A program made the position numbers and the translations under genes. From Hydrurus foetidus (lineage: Eukaryota), in the NCBI GenBank assembly GCA_900617105.1, contig UYFQ01000864.1:1-32098 (forward strand): a stretch of DNA of 32,098 nt. Reading direction: 5' to 3'. How positions within the stretch are numbered: position 1 is the stretch's first letter; each line of letters opens with the position of its first letter. Below the pieces are notes generated by a model. It was not told where the DNA came from, did not search any database, and worked only from the letters and a program-made list of their open reading frames with translations. Positions 21,886-32,098 of the stretch are shown piece by piece.

Positions 21886-24800
21886 ATGGCTATTCGCCGT
21901 ATCCGTGCCAAAGCCTCGGCTAAGGCCACCACCAACACCACCAACACCACCGACAACACCAGCGCCATCTTAAGACGAGCTCAGCCGCGCGCTGTCGCCG
22001 TCGCAGCACGGAAGGCGTATCTTAAGCATACGCAGCGCAACGTCCAAGACATAGAGTCTCCTGGATCACCTGCGATTCAGGACCCCGCCGGAGACCTGTC
22101 TGCGCCGGCGTCTCAGCCGACGTCGGGGCCTGCGGTCGTGTCTGCTATTGATGTGCCTGTCATTTCTGCGTTGTCTGCTTTATCTCTTTCACCAGCTTCG
22201 GCTGCGATACCAGCTTCGGCTGCGACACCAGCTTCGGCTGAGATCACGTCGACTTCGGTCGATAGATCTGCTAATCAACGTGCTTTGGCACCACCAACTC
22301 AGTACGTGCAAGTTGGTGAGAAAGCTCCTAAGTTGAGCGCCAAGCCGTCTTGGCAAGAGGTTCAAAGAGTTTCAGAGGTTCTCCTCTCGAATGGAACGCC
22401 GTTTCGGCCAGTTGATGTCGTTCATCACAGCAACTTCCAATCTTTTAAAACCCTTTTGCAACTTCGATTTGCAACCGACCCTGATCGTCGAGACAGTTGT
22501 AACAACTGGAGAAACTGGACTAATCAGAATTTTTGTAGAGAATTGAATTTGGCAATTCCTGCAACTGCGACGTCCAGAACGGATAAACTAGGATTCATTG
22601 AATCCATTACTCAGATTCAAATTCAATTTGACCTGAAGAACCCATCAGTGGAAGAAAAGACAGACCAGCTTTTAGCTGATATTGTCGATGCATTCCCTGA
22701 GGTGTCAGCTGCCATGCAGTTAACAGCAACTAAAATTCTTATTGATAAGTTGCCAGCTGAACCCATTAATTGGAGGTCAGTTTTGTACCGCACTCTCGAT
22801 AGAACGCCACGTCTTATCACGGTCGATGATTTTCGATTCGTGTGGCGTGCGCAACTAAGAAAGCTACGAGAAGCAATTGATGCTTTACGGTTTGTAGACG
22901 TCCACCCGACTTATGGCGATCATTCTCGCCAAATCAAAAACTCTAACCGTCCTCCTCAAGAGCCACGAATTAAAAACGGCAACGAGAGGACGAGAAGCCT
23001 GAGCAATCTGACAAACCCCACTGTACCGGCTGTGGGAGACTTGGCCACTTAGTAGCCACTTGTCGATTCGGCTCTTCTCCGTACTTTAACAGTACCGAGA
23101 AACCTTTCCTTCAGTCGGAAGGAGGCAAAGATCTTTTGAAGATCGATCCCAAAGCGACGTTCATTCCAAACGCGTACGGAACATCTTCTTCTTCCGCTTC
23201 CTCCTCTTCTTCTGCGTCTTCTAAGACCGCGGCCTCGTCAGCAGACACTACTCGTGTCGCGAAGAAACAAAAAGGTGACTACGTTTACAACCTTAATATG
23301 TCGTCAATTGACAACCCTTCCGTTTCATCGGATAAACATCTAATCCCCTTCTTTATTTCTCATATTTCTCAGCAAACTTCGCTGGAAGAGAAAAATAGAG
23401 TCTTCACTCTATTGGATACGGGATCGATCGCCAGCAATTTTATAGCTAGGCGTGTTATAAATAATCTTAACTTAACACAACATGTTTCTAAATCTTCTAA
23501 GACAGCGTGTAAAGTTTGTAGTGGTTTAGATAATCATTGCTATGAAATTTCTGAAACCATCGACTTAAAACTTTCTTATTTTTGCCCTGATTTAAATAAT
23601 TATTCTTCTTTCCAAATCACGGCTTATGTTTTAGAACAAACACAAATTGATCTAATAGTGGGAAGAAAAATTATACGAGATTTAGATCTATTCTCGATTT
23701 TCCCAGATCAAATAAAATCAAGCACTTCATCGCGACCAACCCCAATAAAGGGAGTCTCGACTTCTGAAGATGTGGTCATAACATGTGGCTGTCAGCCCGA
23801 AGAGACTTTGCAAACCTCTAAAGGAACCCCAAAAGATCTTTCATTAACCCAAATGAAAGATCCGGCAGTCACCCAAACACATGTCATACTAGCTTCGTTA
23901 ATTCAAGAGTCGGAACAACTATTTGGAGTTGTGCCGCCTGATGAAGATGAAATTGATGATTCATTAAATGACTCCTTTTCACCATGGATTAATGAATTTC
24001 TTGATACAGATTCACTCTCGCTAATACACATAGCAGGTGATGAAGATCAGAAAAATAAACTCCGTTTACTATGTAACGAATTTAGGGATATATTTAGCAG
24101 TGAGCTTCCGGCTAGCCCTGCTGATATCCCACCGTTTGAACTTAACGTGGATGACGTAAAATGGAAAGTCTCCCGTAATAGAACACCTCCTCGACCACAA
24201 TCCACTGCAAATCAAGCTGACATTATACGTCAACTCGCGAAACTTGAAGAGCAAGGGATTATCGAGAAATCAAATGCGGCTTATTACAGCCAAGTGCTTA
24301 TGGTTCCAAAGTCTGACGGAACCAAACGCATGTGTATAGATTATCGAAATCTTAATGATTGTACCGAAGATGCATCATGGCCCATTCCTAACATAAATGA
24401 AATGTTACGTCGAATTGGTGCTCATAAAGCAAAAGTATTCGCTACACTTGATCTCACTCAAGGATATCATCAAGCACCGCTTACACTGGCAGCACGCGCA
24501 TACACTGCATTCATACTTTTCTGTGGCGTGTATCAATTCACTCGTCTGCCCTTTGGGCCTAAACGAGCTCCTTCTTACTTTCAACAGACCATGGCAACTG
24601 TTGTATTAGCTGGTTTGATTTACACTATATGCGAAATGTACATTGATGATTGCAATGTTTTCGGCAAAGACACTGACGAATTAGTTTTTAGACTCCGTCT
24701 TGTTTTTCAACGCTTTCGACAACATAAAATATTTCTTAAACCAAATAAATGTTATCTTGGCTATTCCGAAATTGATTATGTTGGCAAAGTCCTTTCTGCT

Positions 24801-26811
24801 GAAGGACTAAAAATGTCACAAGAAAAAATACGGCAAGTTTTAGATTTTCCCAAACCAGATATATCTAAACAACTTAAAAGTTTTTTAGGTTTGGTAAACT
24901 ATTTTCACGATTTTATCAAAAATGCTTCAACTGTACTATATCCGTTACACCAGTTGCTTGTTGATTATAATAAATCTAAAAAAAATAGTTTGGACACCAG
25001 AAGCTGACTCAGCATTTGAGTTAATTAAATCTCAAACTGCAAAATGCACGACAATGCACTTTTTAAGTGACACCGATCCGATTTACTTGCACACTGATGC
25101 ATCGGATTACGGTGTAGGTGCTTATCTTTTTTCAGTTAGTTGACGGAAAAGAGACGCCCGTAGCATTTGTTAGTAAATCGCTTAACAAAGCTCAACTTAG
25201 GTGGGCAGTTATACAGAAAGAAGCATATGCTATTTTCTTTGCGTGCACGTATTTAAAATCGCTATTACGTGATCGGATGTTTACATTACGCACCGATCAT
25301 CGTAACTTGTTATACATTAAAAATCATTCAAATCCAATGATTGTTCGTTGGCTTATGGCTTTATCAGAATTCTCATTTAAAATTGAATTCATTTCCGGTG
25401 TTAACAATGACATAGCTGATTCGATGTCTCGACTCTGTCGTAACAACATGATTGACCATCCTCAAGAATATTCACTTGAGACAATCATGTCTGCCAATAT
25501 AATTGAAAAATTCAAACTGACTCGTGAACAATACAATACTATAAGTAATGTACACAATTCACAAGTTGGTCACTTTGGTCTTGAGCGCACTTTAAAGCGT
25601 CTCAAAGACAACAACAAGGTGTGGCAGTTTCAACGACAGCATGTCAGGTGGTTCATAGATCACTGTTCGTGTTGTCAAAAGATGAGCATGTTAAAGATCC
25701 CAATTCATGCTCACGGCTTTTCGACTTCTACTTACACACCTATGGAATGCCTTAACATAGACTTCGTAGGACCGTTTCCAGACGGGGGGTACGTACTCGT
25801 AATTATCGATACGTTCACAAGGTGGGTTGAGCTGTTTCATACTAAAGATGCTTCGGCACTTTCGACAGCTCAATGCCTTTTGCAACATTTCGGTCGTTTC
25901 GGCGCACCTCTCCAACTCCGTTCTGATAATGGGCCACACTTCATTGCCGAAGTTATCAAAGAGTTTCTAACTCTTATTGGCACTCAACACTGTTTAACGT
26001 TAGCTTATTCTAAAGAAGAAAACGCCATTGTTGAACGCATGAATAAAGAAGTTAATAGACACCTTCGTGCTTTAACTTACGATAACGTAACGCTTGATGA
26101 TTATTCAACATCACTACCATTTGTGCAACGAATTTTAAATTCTAATCACAGTGATCGTTTAAAAATCTCTGCATCTCAATTGCTTTTCGGCAATATACTC
26201 AAATTAGACAGAGGAATATTTCTTCCTCCATCTGAGAGACTTGTTATTAATGACAAACCTTTGTCGGCACGTATGAGCAATCTATTAAAAATACAAGATA
26301 GTCTTCTCAAAGCTTCGGCCAAAGAACTTCTTCGTACAGATTTACTTCATCAAAACCAATCTCAGATCTCTCAGCATATTGAGTACCCTCGCGACTCATA
26401 TGTTCTTGTACATTATCGCGATGGATCACCTCCAACACGTCTTCATACGCATTGGAGAGGTCCATTAAAAGTCGTCAGTGGCGAAAATTCTCGTTACACT
26501 CTATACGATTTGATCACACAAAAACAGCGGTATATCATGTATCTGCCATGAAACCGTTTCTGTATGATCCAGCGATTACAAATCCTGTTGATGTCGCGCG
26601 TCGTGACCATATGGAATACTTCGTAGAAGACATCGTTGATCACCGTGGACCTCATCAACGCTCCAAGATTGAGTTTTTAGTCAAATGGTTAAATTACCCT
26701 TCTGATAAAAACACTTGGGAGCCTTACTCCAATCTTCGTGATGTTGATAAACTTCATGATTACTTGCGTCAAAATAATTTGACAAAACTAATCAATAAAC
26801 AACACCGTTGA
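21886..26811 (+). CDS. Gypsy E Gag-Pol polyprotein (single ORF once four homopolymer indels are corrected)
   Basis: CTGCGRLGHLVATC knuckle, LLDTGS protease, CIDYRNLN / LPFG / YIDD (24639..24650) RT, TDASD RNase H, H-x5-H...CSCC and IDF/SDNG/VER integrase, WRGP, chromodomain YFVEDIVDHR...FLVKWLNYPSDKNTWEPYSNL. Confidence 0.93.
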
Positions 26812-26992
26812 TTTCTTCACTCGAAACGTTATTCATGAAGAATTTACCTCCTATTTTTTTATATTCTTTTTTTGGAGGAATTTAGTCAGTAAGAGTCTGA
26901 CATCATCGTTTTCGAAGTTTCTCATTTTTTTCAAAATGTGTTTTGTTTCGTCTTTCTTTCCCACTCTCATACAAATATTAGTAGAGTTCATT

Positions 26993-27015
26993 GGAAAAGA
27001 AAAGGGAAGAAGGGG
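26993..27015 (+). other. Polypurine tract of Gypsy E
   Basis: GGAAAAGAAAAGGGAAGAAGGGG, 3 nt before the 3' LTR. Confidence 0.9.
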
Positions 27016-27018
27016 TAG

Positions 27019-27282
27019 TGTAGCCTCACTGTATCTGTACTGCATGTACGGATACACTGTGACTGTATACTATACCTGTACTGTAGATTCTAGAACGGAC
27101 CCAAAGTCCGGTACAGTTTTCTTTTCTTTTCGTTTCCACGCGAGTACACATCACTGTAGATACTACTGCTTGTTTCTCGCTGTAAACTATAAGAATACTC
27201 TTCCACCTCCCCCATCTTCGTTTTTCGCCTCCGTCCTCGTCCATCGTCCTCGTCCACCGTCCTTTGGTCACCAACGACCATA
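27019..27282 (+). repeat. 3' LTR of Gypsy E
   Basis: Matches 21547..21810; preceded by the PPT. Confidence 0.95.
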
Positions 27283-27469
27283 CTAGATGTTGGATAGGCA
27301 CTTGGACGACGTGTTGATGCTGCCCAATAACATGACGTTGGTCATGCTCTTTGACTTCATGTTAGGTTGGCTGCTGTAGTAATGAAATCGAAATTCGCCT
27401 TTTAAGTCACTTATAATTCAGGGTGGGATAGTTCCGTCTGATCGGTCTCAATCCCTCACCTCCTCAAGT

Positions 27470-29105
27470 AAACAAGGCGTTGTGCTTCAGTCATTCCTCA
27501 ATGTCCCCTGCGACAGAAAGTCTCAAAATTAAAAGAAACCTATGTCATTGATGGTGTTCATTTTAGGGAAATCAAGAGATTGAAGGTACCGGAGCGAGAG
27601 ATTAAGAAATCTGACTACGACGACAACATCGATTGATTATGGTAATCTGATCTTGAGAGTTTTCCGCACCTCAGTGCAGAATAATCGAGCGACATCGTCG
27701 TTGGAGATGGCGCTAGTGCCGTAGGTTCCTTAAGCTCAATTTGCGTCCCGCAAGACTGGAGCCGTGACTATCATATCTTCAGGGAGATGCGGCGCAATGA
27801 CGATGAGGTCGCCGCCTGCAACCTTCATTGCAACTGTGCAGAATTGTGTTATTTGACAACCCAATCAGTGTGATCTACAGTGCATTAGCTCCCGAAGAAG
27901 ATAATGTGATACAGTCAGTCTTGGAATCCACTCGAGAAACATGCAAAATTTGACGGACTATTTGCTTTTTTTTCAGTATAAATTTGCTCGGATTTCAGGA
28001 AAAAATTGGTGGGGAAAATGGCTTGCAATTTTTGATCAAATTTCAGTGAAATTTTGATCGCGCTTTTAACGGATTTTAATAATTGATCCAAAAACTTCCA
28101 AATTTGCTATATTTTCAGTCAAATTGATTCACCGAAAATTATCATCCCATGTACAATTATCCGTTCGTGTGCACTAGATAGGTGTTTACCTCTTTTTTAA
28201 AAGTTACTCACACATCACACACACTGTGAAAAATGGCAGAATCCGGGGCAAAAAAATAGAATCCGGGAGGCCTGAAACAAGGTGTTGTGCTTCAGTCATT
28301 CCTCAATGTCCCCTGCGACAGAAAGTCTCAAAATTAAAAGAAACCTATGTCATTGATGGTATTCATTTTAGGGAAATCAAGAGATTGAAGGTACTGGAGC
28401 GAGAGATTAAGAAGTCTGACTACGACGACAACATCGATTGATTATGATAATCTGATCTTGAGAGTTTTCCGCAGCTGAAATTCAGTTCATTCTTAAGAAG
28501 CACTCAGTGCAGAATAATCGAGCGACATCGTCGTTGGAGATGGCGCTAGTGCCGTAGGTTCCTTAAGCTCAATTTGCGTCCCGCAAGACTGGAGCCGTGA
28601 CTATCATATCTTCAGGGAGATGCGGCGCAATGACGATGAGGTCGCCGCCTGCAACCTTCATTGCAACTGTGCAGAATTGTGTTATTTGATAACCCAATCA
28701 GTGTGATCTACAGTGCATTAGCTCCCGAAGAAGATAATGTGATACAGTCAGTCTTGGAATCCACTCGAGAAACATGCAAAATTTGACGGACTATTTGCTT
28801 TTTTTTCAGTATAAATTTGCTCGGATTTCAGGAAAAAATTGGTGGGGAAAATGGCTTGCAATTTTTGATCAAATTTCAGTGAAATTTTGATCGCGCTTTT
28901 AACGGATTTTAATAATTGATCCAAAAACTTCCAAATTTGCTATATTTTCAGTCAAATTGATTCACCGAAAATTATCATCCCATGTACAATTATCCGTTCG
29001 TGTGCACTAGATAGGTGTTTACCTCTTTTTTAAAAGTTACTCACACATCACACACACTGTGAAAAATGGCAGAATCCGGGGCAAAAAAATAGAATCCGGG
29101 AGGCC
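27470..29105 (+). repeat. Tandem duplication of a ~0.8-kb unit (27470..28272 and 28275..29105)
   Basis: Near-identical copies; about 6 substitutions and a net 28-bp indel (~28474-28502 present only in copy 2). Confidence 0.95.
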
Positions 29106-29123
29106 GTCAGGCCTCCCGGATTC
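29092..29123. repeat. Perfect 14-bp stem / 4-nt loop hairpin GAATCCGGGAGGCC-GTCA-GGCCTCCCGGATTC
   Basis: Read directly; an extra direct copy of AGAATCCGGG lies at 29071..29080. Confidence 0.95.
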
Positions 29124-29727
29124 CACGCATTCTATAAAACAAAAACATCTTAAAATTTCTCATTTCAAAATCAGAAAGATACTATCTCAAAAAAATTGTT
29201 CATGTCTGGAATATGAAATATGACGTCACCATTTTGAATTTTCATGTTGTCAATTCCAGTTCGAGCAAAGTTCGGAGCATCCCCAAACCATCGAATATCG
29301 AAGACATACTAGACAACAGCAATACTGCTCGAGGCAACACAACCGCAGAACAAACTCCAATGGTGAACGTCATCATCGGCGTTCTGCAACGTCATCATGA
29401 AAATGACGTACCTACCCCACTTGAATTCTCCGGCCAGAGGATTTTCGAGACCACTTCATCCACAACAAGTGGTCGCCAATTTCAGAACGCAACAGCCCAT
29501 TGTACATATAGCTCCACAACAGTCAAGAGCCATCCATCCTGATCATATCTTCAGCGGCAACTTCTGACATCATCTCCGACGTCAACAGAGCCGAAAATTC
29601 TCCAGTGTAAAATCCGATCGCAAGACCGCAAGTCACGATCATCTCCAAAGTGATGCCGCACTTCAAATCTGACTTCCCACTAACATTGAACACATTACGT
29701 CTCAAATATTGAAGTTGCCTCTACAAA

Positions 29728-30332
29728 TCACTGCGATTCTAATCGCCTTACCTGCAGTGGAAACTGTTCATCTAGTCCTGTCAAGGTGTACCAGTGAGAG
29801 ACATCACCTCATCGACTCGGTGAACTGCTGTTGGCCACGGTCTGCCCTTCCACTTCACAGCTGACTTCTGCAGCATATTATTCTGCAATTCAACTTTTAC
29901 TCACTGCGATTCTAATCGCCTTACCTGCAGTGGAAACTGTTCATCTAGTCCTGTCAAGGTGTACCAGTGAGAGACATCACCTCATCGACTCGGTGAACTG
30001 CTGTTGGCCACGGTCTGCCCTTCCACTTCACAGCCGACTTCTGCAGCATATTATTCTGCAATTCAACTTTTACTCACTGCGATTCTAATCGCCTTACCTG
30101 CAGTGGAAACTGTTCATCTAGTCCTGTCAAGGTGTACCAGTGAGAGACATCACCTCATCGACTCGGTGAACTGCTGTTGGCCACGGTCTGCCCTTCCACT
30201 TCACAGCTGACTTCTGCAGCATATTATTCTGCAATTCAACTTTTACTCACTGCGATTCTAATCGCCTTACCTGCAGTGGAAACTGTTCATCTAGTCCTGT
30301 CAAGGTGTACCAGTGAGAGACATCACCTCATC
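29728..30332 (+). repeat. 173-bp tandem repeat, 3.5 copies
   Basis: Units start at 29728, 29901, 30074 and 30247; only one substitution noticed (cagctg/cagccg). Confidence 0.97.
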
Positions 30333-30446
30333 TCGCAATGCTAAAGGACCATCGCAAAAATTCTTTTTAAAATTTATTATAGATGTATGTATTGCAAGAA
30401 AAAGACTCTCTTACTGAATAAGACATTATTGAGCTACATGTGATAA

Positions 30447-32098
30447 TTAGCTACTTGATTTCATCTTGTTGCCCTGCTTCTTCGCCTTTGGGTTCGCACA
30501 GCTCAGCGCAACAATACTGGCTCCAGTAGTAGAGGCAGATGCTGATGAGCTACTCATCACAGCGCCAGGCAAACTAGCGAATCCAAAATGAGATTTCACC
30601 GAAGGATGGGCTGCTGCAAGTCTAGCTTTTTTGGCATTATTGACCTTCTTCAATCTGTCCATAACTCCATTGATACACATGTCCCTTTTCCTGCTCTCAT
30701 TTCGAGGTGGGAGGAACTCTTTCTCATCTGCCTCTAAATTTTGCCGTACCTGGTTTTCAACCTTCGCTGAGATCCTCAGCAGTTCTGCCCTCCACACTTC
30801 GTATGCGGCAGATCTGCTATCGGGTTTGGGAGTCTCCAAAACAGTTAGATCATTGGGATCACATGTCTTCAGCATCAACGGAATGATTGTACTCGTTATC
30901 CTGCTTCTGTCTTGAGAGCTCGATTTGCCAGTATTTACCGTCCAAGCGGCGTCGCACTTTAGCTCATGATTGTATCGACAGAAGAGTAAGTATTGTAACC
31001 TCAAGTTGCTCATTTCTGTGATTGCAAATGGCTCCGCTGCTGCTTTTGGCACTACTACAGTTGCATTACTGTTTGGAGTCGGATCAATCATGAGTTCGAC
31101 GTCCTCGACCGGTAGTGCTGGAGACTATATAAAAAGAAATAGAAACAGTTAGAATAAAAACAATCAGTATTGTTAGAGAGATACTAACATACCTCTGCTT
31201 TCCTTTTCTTTTGAGGCGATGCAAGCGATTGATGCAAGATATCCTTAAGAATTCCTTCATATTTCTCAACAGACCTACTTAAACGTTTTACCTCCTCAAC
31301 TACAACCGCGATTTTGGTCTCTTGCCTTGCGTGAGATTTAGCATTTAAATCGTTCTGAGCTATAAGAATCTCCATTAGGGCTCTGTTCTCTTCATTGTTT
31401 GACGACACTTTTGTGTTTCTGATACGCCAGTCGGTCTTCAGAATCCCCCCCCACTCCTCTAGTACTTTGTCAGTGACATGAAATTCTTTGGCTGATCTGA
31501 TGACACCTTTAGAAATAACATGTAGAGCACCGTACTTAGTGAGTATTTCCTGGTGATACATGATTATGGTGGCAAACAGACACTCCAATAATGGCCTCAG
31601 TTTGCTGCCGGTATTGAAATGCTTCTCACGGACGTTGAACAGATGATTGATGAAGTTGTTAATCATCTGCTCATTGTTTTCGTTTAGTATCATACCCAGA
31701 TTGGGGCTTGCCGGAACGTGGAATGAAGTGACGTCGGTGTAGTAGTGGCTTGGGTAACCAGCAAGAGCCATCGCAGCTGCGTGCATTGAAAAGCATGTTT
31801 TGTGTTAAAATTCTGTGATTGGGTGATGTACGTCTACGTTTGGCTGATAAAGTTTACCTGGCATAGCCGACATTGGAGTCGTGGTAAGATATTCGAAAGA
31901 GGCGGATTGGTTTGTGCAGTCATGTCCACCGTGCGCTATTACTGCATATGGCGAAACGTTGCGGGCAGATGCCTCATTGATTGCTCCAACTCTCAGCGAG
32001 TTGCCAGTAACCTCTTGTGGAAGGTCCCTCACTCTCGATCTACTGTACTCAACACTTGTTGAAGCGGGGCTCAAATCTTGTAAAAAAGTCGTCAATTT
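30447..32098 (-). CDS. Crypton-like tyrosine recombinase, 3' part; exons >32098..31858, 31776..31193, 31124..30447
   Basis: TGNSLRVGA (HxxR box), AHGGH, FEYL (candidate catalytic Tyr), then MPA/AMALAGYP. GT-AG introns 31857->31777 (81 nt) and 31192->31125 (68 nt) both keep the reading frame. Confidence 0.75.

Larger units (their letters stand above)
21547..27282 (+). mobile_element. Full-length chromodomain-bearing Ty3/Gypsy LTR retrotransposon E (5,736 bp)
   Basis: Two 264-bp LTRs identical by eye, CTAG target-site duplication (21543..21546 / 27283..27286), PPT, and gag-PR-RT-RH-INT-chromodomain order. Confidence 0.97.

Noticed and set aside
22190..22242. 18-bp triple repeat CCAGCTTCGGCTGCGA.. 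in Gypsy E gag
   Set aside because: Ordinary in-frame low-complexity expansion (PASAA) in a disordered N-terminus.
22965..22980. Programmed -1 gag/pol frameshift in Gypsy E
   Set aside because: No canonical slippery heptamer; it is one of four homopolymer indels, and the corresponding break in D is in the opposite direction.
29213..29705. ORFs 29213..29542 (+) and 29523..29705 (-)
   Set aside because: Short, no recognisable domain; cannot be supported as genes.
29728..30332. CRISPR array, or coding ORFs 29831..30088 and 30004..30210
   Set aside because: Pure tandem repeat without unique spacers; the ORFs are by-products of the repeat.

Overview
Eukaryotic, transposon-dense DNA. Spliceosomal introns are present; the element mix suggests a protist/stramenopile-like host (inference). 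No host housekeeping gene is evident. The left half is a nest of three Ty1/Copia LTR retrotransposons: element A (- strand, 1..5086) sits in the integrase of element B (+, 5087..8544), which sits in the polyprotein of element C (-, 8545..18080). C also carries a 3'-truncated Ty3/Gypsy element D (10449..14365) flanked by a 1.09-kb direct duplication. Next come a 2OG-Fe(II) dioxygenase-like ORF, a chimeric Gypsy/Copia LTR remnant and a MULE-like SWIM + USP-like protease relic. A full-length chromodomain Gypsy element E follows (21547..27282; identical 264-bp LTRs, CTAG TSD), then a ~0.8-kb tandem duplication ending at a GC-rich hairpin, a 173-bp tandem array and an intron-containing Crypton-like tyrosine recombinase gene. 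Best novelty candidates: (1) Copia A and C encode a greatly enlarged Gag region (~1,500 codons before the protease in A) with a CCCH finger instead of the CCHC knuckle and a conserved ~250-300 aa domain I cannot assign; (2) both Gypsy elements have a perfect 12-bp palindrome (AATAGCGCTATT / AATATCGATATT) exactly where a tRNA primer-binding site should be; (3) the Copia A LTR begins with a 116-bp near-perfect, loopless palindrome.
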